A stretch of 64,000 bases of DNA from a bacterium (GTDB taxonomy: Bacteria; SAR324; NAC60-12), in NCBI GenBank assembly GCA_965233585.1, contig CBDDTI010000745.1, forward strand, positions 128,001 to 192,000, written 5' to 3'. This document shows, one piece after another, positions 29,392 through 39,608 of this stretch. How positions within the stretch are numbered: position 1 is the stretch's first letter; the number at the start of each line of letters is the position of its first letter. The notes below the pieces were generated by a model. It searched no databases. It was not told the DNA's origin and worked only from the letters and a program-made list of their open reading frames with translations. The position numbers and the translations under genes are program-made.

Positions 29392-30459
29392 ATGATGGAA
29401 ATCAAAAAATTGGTAGTTGCCACGTTCGCATCAGCTTTGGCTAGCTTTTCTTTTGCCCAAGGCTTGTTAGAGACTGAAGGACCCAATGGCAACAGTCCTG
29501 TGTCTCATTATACGATTGCTTTGTCCAGTTCCCAAAAGCAAAAAGTAGCCAAGAAAAACCTGAAGGCAGCAATCTTGATGCACGCTAGCTCTGACTTTTC
29601 TAACGCACTTGTTTCGGGGGCGAAGCAGGTTTTTGAAGATTTGGACATAGAAGTTGTTTTGACAACAGACGCAGGTTTTGATGCAAATAAGCAAAGAACA
29701 GACATTGAGAATGCACTTATTTTGAACCCAGACATCATTGTGACTTTGGTACTTGACCCCGTTTCAGGTGCAGCAGCCTTGAAACCTGCCATTGATGAAG
29801 GTGTCAAAGTTGTTTTAATCAGCAATTTACCTAAAGACTTTGTGCATGGAAGAGATTATGCTGCGATTGTCACAGACGATTTATTTGCAATGGGAAAGTC
29901 AGTTGCAGAATTGATGAACGACCATCTTGGAGGCTCTGGAAAAGTTGCTTTGCTGTACCATGATGCAAATTACTACGTCACTAACCAAAGAGACCAAGCT
30001 GTTGAAACTGTCTTAAAACGAAATTATCCAAACATAGAAATTGTTGCTAAAAGAGGAATTGCTAACCCCAATGATGGAGAAACGATTGCCTCAGCAATTA
30101 TTACTCAAAATCCAGATGTGGAAGCAATTTATGCCCCATGGGATACCATAGCAGAAGGCGTTGTTGCCGCTACTCGTGCCGCAGGAAGAAAAGACATTAA
30201 GGTTTACACAATGGATTTAGGAGAAAATAATGCTTTGGATTTAGCTAAAGGTGGGAATGTTGCAGGCATTGTTGCAGATTTACCATACGATCTTGGAGCG
30301 ACTTTAGCGAAAATTGGTGCATTGAGTGTGCTTGGACAAAAAACTCCGGCATTTGTGACCGTTCCTGCAGTCAAAGTGACTCAGGACAATTTGGAAGCCC
30401 GATGGGAACAGTCTCTACAACGTCCCCTTCCTATTGAAATCAGGAAAGTCCTAGACTAA
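29392..30459 (+). CDS. Sugar ABC transporter binding protein (RbsB-like)
   Basis: Signal peptide, PBP type-1 pattern, upstream of ATPase and permease. Confidence 0.88.
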   Translation: MMEIKKLVVATFASALASFSFAQGLLETEGPNGNSPVSHYTIALSSSQKQKVAKKNLKAAILMHASSDFSNALVSGAKQVFEDLDIEVVLTTDAGFDANKQRTDIENALILNPDIIVTLVLDPVSGAAALKPAIDEGVKVVLISNLPKDFVHGRDYAAIVTDDLFAMGKSVAELMNDHLGGSGKVALLYHDANYYVTNQRDQAVETVLKRNYPNIEIVAKRGIANPNDGETIASAIITQNPDVEAIYAPWDTIAEGVVAATRAAGRKDIKVYTMDLGENNALDLAKGGNVAGIVADLPYDLGATLAKIGALSVLGQKTPAFVTVPAVKVTQDNLEARWEQSLQRPLPIEIRKVLD

Positions 30460-30470
30460 CTACTTCAAAA

Positions 30471-30493
30471 AGCCTCTCTTTGCCAGAGAGGCT
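30471..30493 (+). terminator. Intercistronic hairpin
   Basis: AGCCTCTCT-ttgcc-AGAGAGGCT. Confidence 0.6.
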
Positions 30494-30527
30494 CCTCCTT
30501 CCTCTTTTTAATTAAGCCTCTTATTCC

Positions 30528-32018
30528 ATGAATGCTCTAAGACTTCAAGATGTCAGTATTGGTTTTGGTGGTGTCCCTGTTCTTAAAAATATTTATTTTA
30601 GTTTAGAATCTGGGGAAGTACATGGCGTAGCAGGAAAAAACGGAGCAGGCAAATCTACCTTAATGAAAATTATTACTGGGATCAATCAAGTTGATACAGG
30701 TTCTATTTCCTTATTCGGGCAAAAGTTAGAAAAATTTTCTCCAGAGATTGCTATCAAAAAAGGGGTCGCTATGGTTTATCAAGATTTAAGCCTAGTGAGT
30801 TCGTTAACTGTCACTCAAAATATTTTCCTTTCTCATCACCCCTTCCAAAAATTCGGCATATTAAACGATAAAAAAGCAGACCAAGAAGCAATTCGTCTTT
30901 TGGAGATGCTTGGAGTGAGTTCTATTGACCCTAAAGCTAAGGTAGAAAGCCTGAGTGTAGGGCAATCTCAATTAGTTGAAATTGCCAAAGCACTTGCTAG
31001 TCAGCCAAAAATCTTGATATTAGATGAGCCTACTGCATCGCTTTCTTCTATGGAAATAGAACAACTCTTTCAATCTATACATGCCCTAAAACAAAAGCAA
31101 ATTTCCATTGTTTACATTACACACTATCTTGAAGATATTTTAAAAATCTGCGACAAAGTGACCGTTTTAAGAGATGGGGTTAATATTTTTACAAATGAAG
31201 TCAAGGAGACCTCCATCAAAGAGATTGTAGATGGAATGCTTGGTGAACAAGAAAATCTACAACAAAAAAACTGGAACAACCAAGAAACGTCTCACACAAA
31301 TCAAAAAATCTTGTTAGAGTTAAAAGAGGTCTCTAACCAGTCTATTTCTCAGGTCAATTTAAAAGTTCATGCAGGGGAAATTATTGGGTTAGCTGGTCTT
31401 TTAGGGAGTGGTAGAACAGAAATTTTAGAATTGATCTATGGTTTGGAGAGTCCCCAAAGCGGGCAAATTTTACTAGAAGACCAGAGTATTGCTGTTGCCT
31501 CTCCTAATCAGGCTTTAAATTATGGTATTAGCTTGTTGCCTGAAGAAAGAAGGACGCAAGGATTGGTTCTTGATTTTAGTATTGAACACAATCTAATTCT
31601 GCCTATCCTCAGAAGACTCAAAAAGTTACTGTTACTAGATGCTAAAAAAAGTAAGGATTTAGTTGATTATTACATTGATTACCTCAAAGTGAAAACGACA
31701 GGAAGAAACCAAGTGATTCGTTTTTTATCAGGAGGGAATCAACAAAAAGTGGTCATGGGAAAATGTCTGGCATCAAAGTCCAAAATCTTACTGCTTGATG
31801 ACCCTACCTTTGGTATTGACATCATGTCTAAAATTGAAATTATGAAAATTGTCAAAGAGTATGCTTTGAAAGGACATGGTGTGATTTTTGTCTCCTCTGA
31901 ATTTAAAGAAATTGCAGAGTTTTGCGACCGCACTTATATTGTGAAAAAGGGAAAAATTGTTAAAGAAATGTCTAATTCTTCTCTAACAGAAGAAAAAATT
32001 TTACGAGAAGTTCAATGA
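30528..32018 (+). CDS. Sugar ABC ATPase (RbsA-like, two NBDs)
   Basis: GKNGAGKST, LDEPT, GLLGSGRTE, LSGGNQQK. Confidence 0.93.
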   Translation: MNALRLQDVSIGFGGVPVLKNIYFSLESGEVHGVAGKNGAGKSTLMKIITGINQVDTGSISLFGQKLEKFSPEIAIKKGVAMVYQDLSLVSSLTVTQNIFLSHHPFQKFGILNDKKADQEAIRLLEMLGVSSIDPKAKVESLSVGQSQLVEIAKALASQPKILILDEPTASLSSMEIEQLFQSIHALKQKQISIVYITHYLEDILKICDKVTVLRDGVNIFTNEVKETSIKEIVDGMLGEQENLQQKNWNNQETSHTNQKILLELKEVSNQSISQVNLKVHAGEIIGLAGLLGSGRTEILELIYGLESPQSGQILLEDQSIAVASPNQALNYGISLLPEERRTQGLVLDFSIEHNLILPILRRLKKLLLLDAKKSKDLVDYYIDYLKVKTTGRNQVIRFLSGGNQQKVVMGKCLASKSKILLLDDPTFGIDIMSKIEIMKIVKEYALKGHGVIFVSSEFKEIAEFCDRTYIVKKGKIVKEMSNSSLTEEKILREVQ

Positions 32019-32043
32019 TTTTTTTATAAAGGAGAATGCAACG

Positions 32044-32985
32044 ATGTTCAGTAAAATTAATTGGCAAGACTACATTATTTACATTGTCTTTGCAGGGATT
32101 TTTTTGTTTTTCTCTTTGACCCTGTCAGATAGGGGTTTTTTAAATCCTGCAAATTTAATGAATATTGCAAGGCAGACGGCTATGATTTCTATCATGGCAG
32201 TAGGCATGACCTTTGTGCTTTCTGCTGCTGAAATTGATTTGTCATTTGGTGCTGTGGTGGCGCTGGCAGCCATTGTCTCGGCACTTGCGTTGAGAGCAAC
32301 CGATCATGTGTTGATTGCTGTCTTGTCTGGTTTGGGTGCAGGAACATTTGTTGGTGTCCTGAATGGTTTTTTTGTGGGTTATGTGGGAATCCCAAGTTTT
32401 TTAGTGACTTTGGGTATGACGGGCATTGTCACAGGTGTAGCCCGTTGGATAACACAGCTACGTTCTATTCCTGTTAACAATGATACCTTTACCTTTATCT
32501 TTGGTTCAGGAAACATTGGTCCTTTTTCTGTTTTGTTTTTTTGGATGTTTTTAGTCGCTATCGCTGGTGCTATTGCTTTGAACAAGACTGTGTTTGGTAG
32601 AGAAGTTTTGGCAACAGGAGGGAATCTGACATCATCGCTTTATTCAGGGATTCAGGTCAAAAAAATCAAAATGATGGTGCTGATTCTCAATGCTTTTTTA
32701 GCATCGTTGGCTGGAATTTTGTATGTTGGACGCCTTCATGGAGCGCGTTACACGCTTGGAGAAAATGACTTAATGGTTGTCATTGCTGCAGTGATCATTG
32801 GGGGGACAAGTTTATTTGGGGGCAAAGGAAGGGTGTTAGGGTCAGTCATTGGTGCATTGATTATGGGAATGGTCAATAATGGTCTGATTCTGATGAATTT
32901 ATCAGTAGATCATCAGCTTGTGTTACGGGGAATGATTATTATTCTAGCAGTCACTGTGATGATGAAAACAAGCCGAAAATCCTAA
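32044..32985 (+). CDS. Sugar ABC permease (RbsC-like)
   Basis: IDLSFG, IPSFLVTLG, IAAVIIGGTSLFGGKG. Confidence 0.93.
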   Translation: MFSKINWQDYIIYIVFAGIFLFFSLTLSDRGFLNPANLMNIARQTAMISIMAVGMTFVLSAAEIDLSFGAVVALAAIVSALALRATDHVLIAVLSGLGAGTFVGVLNGFFVGYVGIPSFLVTLGMTGIVTGVARWITQLRSIPVNNDTFTFIFGSGNIGPFSVLFFWMFLVAIAGAIALNKTVFGREVLATGGNLTSSLYSGIQVKKIKMMVLILNAFLASLAGILYVGRLHGARYTLGENDLMVVIAAVIIGGTSLFGGKGRVLGSVIGALIMGMVNNGLILMNLSVDHQLVLRGMIIILAVTVMMKTSRKS

Positions 32986-33117
32986 ATTAAAATGTTGTTC
33001 CCATTTGTCAGTATGAAACATATCCTAAAATCAGGACGTATGCTAAATTCTTGATTTAGCATGAAAATTTTCTTTTCTTAAAGCTGAAACAGGTACAGCC
33101 TTTATTCAATTTATTTA

Positions 33118-35001
33118 ATGTGTGGGATTGCAGGATTTTTTGGGAGTTTTCAGCCTGAGTTACTAGACCGTATGAATGCTATTCAGGCACATCGTGGTCC
33201 TGATTTTGGTACAACTTTTTACCTTCAAAATTCCTTGATTGGTCTGGCACACCGCAGACTTTCTATTCTTGACCCCAGACCTGTTGCCAACCAGCCTTTG
33301 AAAAAAAATCATGCTGTTCTTTGCTTCAACGGGGAAATTTATAACTTCCGCGAACTGAAACAAGATTTAGAACAAGACGGCTTCCAGTTTCTCTCAAATG
33401 GTGATTCAGAGGTGTTCCTTTCTCTCTATCTTCGTGATGGTGTGAAGGCGTTTGAGAAAATCAATGGCATGTTTGCTGCAGCGATTTGGGATTCACAAAA
33501 ACAGTGTTTGTTGATTGCACGTGATCCTTTGGGATTGAAGCCTTTGTATTACACAGAAACCAAGCAAGGTTTTTTGTTTGCGAGTGAGATGAAGGCTCTT
33601 TTGCAAGAGTCTTCGGTGGAAAGACAAATCAATCATGATGCAGTGATTTCGCATCTCAAATATTTGTGGTCTCCAGCCCCTGACACTCTTTTGAAAAATG
33701 TGATGAAACTGGAGCCAGGGGAGTTGATGACTGTCAAAGATTCCCGTATTGTTAGCAAACGCAAATTCTATCATCTGCCTTACGACCAACCTGTTTTAAA
33801 CATCACTGAACAAGAAGCATTAGAAGAAACAAGAAGGCTGGTGAGACAAGCAACCAAAAGGCAACTGGTTTCTGATGTTCCATTGGGTGCATTCTTGTCA
33901 GGTGGGCTTGATTCCACATCGCTTTGTGCGATGGCATGTCAAGAAGGCATGCAAAATTTACCTTGTTTCACAATCGCTTTTGAGGGTGATGAATTTCAAG
34001 CAGAAGGAACAACAGATGATTTGCCTTTTGCCAAGCAAGCCGCCTCTCATCTTGGTCTGAAACTCTCTGTTGTCAATGCCAGTCCGCAAGTCTGCGACCT
34101 CTTGGAAAAGATGATCTATCACCTTGACGAACCTCAGGCAGACCCTGCACCCCTGAATGTTTTTTTAATTTGTGAACAAGCACGGAAACAAGGCATCAAA
34201 GTTTTGCTATCAGGGGCTGGAGGTGATGATATTTTTTCAGGGTATCGCCGTCATCAGGCGTTGCAATGGGACAGCCTTTGGAACGTGATGCCCCAACCTA
34301 TGCGTCAACTGATTGCAAAAAGCTCACATCTCTTGCCACAAAATCAAGTCATATTGCGTCGGATTCGTAAAGCGTTGCGTTCTGTTGACCTGAACCGCAG
34401 TGAAAGATTGGTTTCTTATTTTCATTGGAGTTCGCCAGATTGGATTCAATCTGTTTGTGGTCAGCAACTTCAAGAAACTTTGCAAAAGCCTGCCCCTGAT
34501 TCATTGCTGAATGCTCTTGGTGAGCTTGCCCCAAGTACGCCACCTCTCAATCAAATGCTGTATCTTGACACTCGCTTCTTTTTGGCAGACCACAACTTGC
34601 ATTACACTGACAAAATGTCAATGGCATCGGGTGTGGAGGTTCGCTCTCCTTTGCTTGATTTAGACCTTGTCAATTTTTGTGCAAGGTTACCTGTGAAACT
34701 GAAGCAAAAAAAAGGCATTGGTAAGTATCTTTTTAAGAAGTCCATGCAGGCATATCTTCCTGAATCTTTAATCTATCGTCCAAAAACAGGCTTTGGTATG
34801 CCTCTGCGACATTGGTTGCAGAATGATTTAAAACCGTTGTTTGAAGAAACGTTGTCAGAACAGGCATTGCAAAGAAATCAGCTTTTTGACTCTCAAGGGG
34901 TGCAACATCTTTTGAAACTGACAAAACAAGGTCGGGTAGATGGAACTTACACTTTGTTTGCCATGCTTTGCATTGAAATTTGGAGCAGGCAGTTTCTTTA
35001 A
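33118..35001 (+). CDS. asnB: Asparagine synthase (glutamine-hydrolysing) family amidotransferase
   Basis: MCGIAG, HRGPD, FNGEIYN, LSGGLDS, EVRSP. Confidence 0.9.
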   Translation: MCGIAGFFGSFQPELLDRMNAIQAHRGPDFGTTFYLQNSLIGLAHRRLSILDPRPVANQPLKKNHAVLCFNGEIYNFRELKQDLEQDGFQFLSNGDSEVFLSLYLRDGVKAFEKINGMFAAAIWDSQKQCLLIARDPLGLKPLYYTETKQGFLFASEMKALLQESSVERQINHDAVISHLKYLWSPAPDTLLKNVMKLEPGELMTVKDSRIVSKRKFYHLPYDQPVLNITEQEALEETRRLVRQATKRQLVSDVPLGAFLSGGLDSTSLCAMACQEGMQNLPCFTIAFEGDEFQAEGTTDDLPFAKQAASHLGLKLSVVNASPQVCDLLEKMIYHLDEPQADPAPLNVFLICEQARKQGIKVLLSGAGGDDIFSGYRRHQALQWDSLWNVMPQPMRQLIAKSSHLLPQNQVILRRIRKALRSVDLNRSERLVSYFHWSSPDWIQSVCGQQLQETLQKPAPDSLLNALGELAPSTPPLNQMLYLDTRFFLADHNLHYTDKMSMASGVEVRSPLLDLDLVNFCARLPVKLKQKKGIGKYLFKKSMQAYLPESLIYRPKTGFGMPLRHWLQNDLKPLFEETLSEQALQRNQLFDSQGVQHLLKLTKQGRVDGTYTLFAMLCIEIWSRQFL

Positions 35002-35087
35002 ACTTGCATTCTTTCCAAAAACTTTTTATTTTGTAGCCATTGATTCCTTGACTTTTTGAATTGACCTGACTAAAAGCTAAAAAAACT

Positions 35088-36005
35088 ATGAGTTTAAGCA
35101 AAAGATTAGAACGCCTTGCAACGTTTCATTTGGACGATGACACCATTCATAAATTATTGCTCAGTGGAAAGTTAGATGACCGTTATATTGACATTGAATC
35201 TGTGCTGGAGTGGTTGGGGCAACTTGCCAAACTTTTGCCTAATGAACAAAAAAAATTGCTAGAAAAAGCACGCAGGAACTTGGAGTCAAATTGTCAACAG
35301 ATCATCTCTGAATATGCTAACTACTTTCAAGAACATGACCATATTGGCGATGAGCTTCAAGCACCCCCTGATTATGTCATCATATTGGGGGCAAATGATT
35401 CTGCCGTTCTGGAAACACGTGTGCAAAAGGGAGTTGAGACAGCAAGGAAGTATCCAAATGCCAAATTCATTTTGTCAGGTGGTGGCATTTGGACAGGAGA
35501 AACAGAAGCACAAAAGATGCAAGGTATTTTTGAAAAGCAATGCGACGGTGGCTGTGAGATTTACAAAGAAGAGGATTCTTTGGATACCATAGGCAATGCT
35601 CTGTTTTCCAAGCTCTTCATTGTCCAAAATGGTTGGGGTTTGCAAAATCGGTCTATCATGGTGATTACATCAGACTATCACGCTATCCGTGTGTTGAGCA
35701 TCTTCAAAAGAGTCTTTGACCCAAAAACCCGAATCATTGTTGAGGTCATCAGAACTCCTTCCTTTGAGAAACAACACATCTTGCCTGAATTAACCATCAA
35801 GGAAATGTCCACAGCTCATCATTCCAACTTTTCTATCTTCCGCCCTGAAGCTAGCTTGATACGTTTGGAACAAGATGAAAATTTGTCAGAACAAGAGAAT
35901 ACTTGGGACGAATCAGAAATCTTTTATCACATGTTGATGAAACATGACATGTACAGAAATCGCTTTGACCTCTTACGCAAATATGCTCAATACATTCGCT
36001 TTTAA
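35088..36005 (+). CDS. YdcF/DUF218 family protein with N-terminal extension
   Basis: IILG, ILSGG, EAQKM, EEDSLDTIGNA, ITSDYHAIR. Confidence 0.8.
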   Translation: MSLSKRLERLATFHLDDDTIHKLLLSGKLDDRYIDIESVLEWLGQLAKLLPNEQKKLLEKARRNLESNCQQIISEYANYFQEHDHIGDELQAPPDYVIILGANDSAVLETRVQKGVETARKYPNAKFILSGGGIWTGETEAQKMQGIFEKQCDGGCEIYKEEDSLDTIGNALFSKLFIVQNGWGLQNRSIMVITSDYHAIRVLSIFKRVFDPKTRIIVEVIRTPSFEKQHILPELTIKEMSTAHHSNFSIFRPEASLIRLEQDENLSEQENTWDESEIFYHMLMKHDMYRNRFDLLRKYAQYIRF

Positions 36006-36464
36006 TCATGTTGAAGCAATGATTTGAATCACTCCTGCCTTTTCTTGCATCAAATAAATCTGATACCTTTGAGCTTCTGAAACCACACTGGCATCAAAAG
36101 ATTCACTGGCTAATCCTAAATGAAATTTAAAATCCTTGAAGTAAGGAAAGACAACAGGAAAGGTCTGCTTTTGTTTTAAAAGTTGCTCAAGATCATTGAC
36201 ATGGGCTTGTCTTTTGACTTTCACAATCAAGATGTGGTTCTGATTGAATAAAGTGATGTTATATCGCACAACGGTCTGACCAAATTTGCCACTGATATTT
36301 TGGTTGAGACTATCATAGAAAATACCCTGTATTTCAACAAAGCTGTCTTGTTCTAACGCCTCGTCAAAATAACGATAGACTCGGTCTTCTAGGGTTTCAC
36401 CATCAGAATTGATCAAACCTTTTCTGATAAATAATTCCTCTATTTCATCAAACTTTTCACTCAT
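36006..36464 (-). CDS. Hypothetical protein with degenerate PD-(D/E)XK-like fold
   Basis: GETLED..YF and YNITLFNQNHILIVKVK resemble the nuclease-like pattern with acidic residues lost. Confidence 0.5.
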   Translation of the reverse strand: MSEKFDEIEELFIRKGLINSDGETLEDRVYRYFDEALEQDSFVEIQGIFYDSLNQNISGKFGQTVVRYNITLFNQNHILIVKVKRQAHVNDLEQLLKQKQTFPVVFPYFKDFKFHLGLASESFDASVVSEAQRYQIYLMQEKAGVIQIIAST

Positions 36465-36536
36465 GTTGCTCTCCTAAAAATTCCAAATTTTAAAACCAAA
36501 ACTTTCCAGTCTAGCAGTTTTTTGAGAAAAAAGAGA

Positions 36537-36890
36537 GAGATTGCGGGTCAAGCTCTCAATGACGAGACAAAACAAGCCTGCAACCTCATTCTTCTGTCAT
36601 TCCGTGCTTGACACGGAATCCATCAGCAGTTAGGGGGTAGATTCCTGCTTTCGTAGGAATGACAAAGAAAGAGGCAAGAATGACCAAACGCAACCCAGCA
36701 AACTTTCTCTGTCATTCCGCACTTGACACAGAATCTCAAAAAGCAAGAGTGAGATTGCGGGTCAAGCCCACAATGACGAGACAGAACAAGTCTGCAACCT
36801 CATTCTTCTGTCATTCCGTGCTTGACACGGAATCTCAAAAAAAAAAGTACGAACAGAGTGAAAGAAAAAAAAGATTGCGGGTCAAGGTGA
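36537..36890. repeat. REP/REPIN-like palindrome cluster 4
   Basis: GTCATTCCGTGCTTGACACGGAATC at ~36597 and ~36810; ~85-bp unit 36537-36620 repeated at 36751-36835. Confidence 0.87.
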
Positions 36891-36979
36891 GCAGTGCCTC
36901 AAAGGCAAGCCAAGCAAAGAGTGCCAAGATGAGGCACTCTTTTTGAAGTGATGGAGAAAAAAATAAGTCTTGAAAAGTA

Positions 36980-39312
36980 TTAGTCTGTAAACTCAATGTC
37001 TATATTTTTCTCAGCACCAGTAACCTTTGAAATATCAGCATTTGAGCCAAATGCTGCAGGTTGCCAAACGATTTTTATAGTCACATTTTGTTGGGTAGTG
37101 TGAGGGTTTGCGTTTCCTTCAAATGTGATGGCAACTTTTTTATTATTATCTTGAAGTTGAGCCTTTAACGTCAAACCACTGGGAACAGCTCCTCTAATCT
37201 GATAGTGCGTATCTTTGACAAGTTTGCCTTGGGGGGCATTTTGTGCTTTAAATTGATCCACACCTTCTAAAGTTACTTCCAATATTCCATCTAAAGACCC
37301 GTCATTGGCAGTCTTTTCTGTAAATTTGGTTGCATTATTTTGGTAAACATACTTGATTTCGTTAGGAAGTTTGGCTCCGCCATTGTTACCTCCATTATTA
37401 TTTCCACCGCCATTGTTGTTATTTTTTGGGGGTAGCTTTGCTAACTCTGTTCTTAATTGAGCAAGAATTTTTTCACCTGCACTGACATTATAAAAATAAA
37501 TGGTTTCTGTTCCTGTTTTTGAATCATATGACATGATACGCTATGGCTTGTTGTCATCATAGTCAGCATCATAAGTCACGACAAGATTATTGAAAGGTCT
37601 TGTATATCTCCCATAGATTAAGTAGTCTTTTCCATCTTTGGTCTTAATCTCATAGTCTCTAAGGTAATACGATTTTTTTGTGTCGTGATGATAAACCCAT
37701 TGTTCACCTCCTGAACCATCAGCTTTTGGATTTTTAAAGTATTCTTTATAATCATTCTCACCTCTATTTTTAGCATAAGACTCATCAGCTGCTTTAATAT
37801 AATCTGCGATGGTTGTTTGATCTAGGTAATCTTTCTTTGATTTCGTGCCACAATTTCTTGATGATGAACGAAAAGGTTCATCTTTAGCAGGACAATCCTT
37901 GTCATTTGGATATGCAATTTGACCAAAAGCTTTCCGTTGATAATTCCAAACATATTGAATGTCTCCTTCTCCAAAAGTGACAGAAACATCTTTGAGTGAT
38001 GCTGTACCATACCTTGCCCTCACTAGATCATTCATCAAAATGGTTTGACCTTTCAAGTCCACTGTCTTTGCTTTGTTGCCTTCTGCTGCCATAGTCTCAA
38101 AAACTGTTTTAATGTTATATCCACTTTTTGGCAATGTGTATTTAGCAATAGTTGTCTTCTCTGCTAACTCGTCATCTTCCAGTTTTTTTTCTAAGTTACT
38201 TTTCATCTCATAAATCTTAACTTTGGATTTAGTTAGGTCTAGCCTAAAAGTAAATTCAACAACTTTTTTACCACTCAAAAAGATGTCATTAAAACTGCTT
38301 CCTTGAGCTTTTGAGCTTCGCTGCACTTTTTCTTTAGCAAATTTGAGAGAATCTTTTGAGGCAGTCACCCCTAAATCATAATTGGCTTGTCCAAACTCTG
38401 CATCGTCAGCTGTCTTTTTCAAATCTTCCAAGCGATTGGAGGCTGTTTGCATGACAACCTGATTGATTGCTGTCAGGTCTGTATCATCAATGTTAGCAGC
38501 TTTCAAAGCTTCTTGAAATTGAGTCGTTTGTTTGACCAATTCTTTTGCCACTTTATGCAGCAATTCCGCATCTTTTTTGGTGTTGGCATCGGTGGCTTTT
38601 TTGTTGGGAATGTAGTCATCAAAAGCAGAGGCGGTGTAGTCTTTGCCATCGTGCATGTCTAGCTTTGCTAAAATATTTTGTTCAGCATCTGTTGGGTCTA
38701 AAGTGGGGTCTATGTCCATTTCTGCTTTAGCGAGGGTGGTCAAAGGAGAGATGACAGCTTGCTTGCCTGCTGGAGTAGAAAGAGTGTAGGGTTTAGCCAC
38801 TTTTGCACCTTTGTCATCTTTGTCTTTGGAATCTGCCGTGACCTCTGCAATGATGGGATAGTTTTCTTGGTCATCAATGACTTGGTCAAAGGCATACTTT
38901 CCAGTTGCATCAGTCATGGCAAAGGGTTCATCTGCATCACATTTGGTGTTTCTGTTTTTGTCAAGACAGACTTTGGCATTTTCAATATAGCCATCTACCA
39001 CTGTTCCAGCAAGTTTGGCTTTGGCTTGAGTGGTCGTCTTTTCTTGTTTTGTTTCAGAAGAGTCAGAGCTACTGTCATCATCATTTGCACAAGCGAAAAT
39101 GACAAAAATTGTCAGCGGAATGAGAAGAGTTTGAGTGAAAAAATCTTTAAAAAAGAAAGGAAAGTTTTTGAGAAAAACTTTGCGAGGGGGTGATTTTTGT
39201 CTTGACTTTTGAAAAAGCTGATTCAGCCTATAATAGATTGCGGATTGCGGATTGCGGATTGCGGATTGCGGATTGCGGATTGCGGATTGCGGATTGCGGA
39301 TAAATTTTCCAT
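36980..39312 (-). pseudogene. Large surface lipoprotein gene, out of frame at a 7-bp repeat and with an in-frame TAG at 37541-37543
   Basis: ATG 39312 with AAAAGG RBS; frame open 39316-37544 with lipobox IFAC (Cys 39089-39091); ORF 36980-37534 is in the same frame after TAG-CGT-ATC. Confidence 0.8.
39236..39301. repeat. Simple sequence repeat (GATTGCG)9 + GAT
   Basis: Nine perfect heptamers counted at 39236-39298. Confidence 0.97.
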
Positions 39313-39608
39313 GTCGTTACCTTTTTTAGGTTGATAATAAAAAGATGCTATTTAGACCATCATCTCAAATAGCTAGAAAAGAAGTAGAAGATTGTAGCTG
39401 AGTCAAAAATGAAATGCAAGCGATTTTTTGAAAAATTTACAAAACATGGAATGATTGAAAAAATCATTTGTCTATCTCTTGCAAAAAATGAGACTTCTTT
39501 AGGTGTTTTTCTTCATGGAACAAAGATGAATCCACTTTTGACCTTTAAGTCACATTTGCTTTTTGGTTGCCAACTTGCTGGTGAGGTCTCAAGGCTGAGT
39601 CTGTGAGG

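Noticed and set aside
37541..37543. Pyrrolysine or alternative genetic code at the TAG
   Set aside because: TAG is a normal stop elsewhere (pepM, fdxA, rpmF) and no pyl genes are seen
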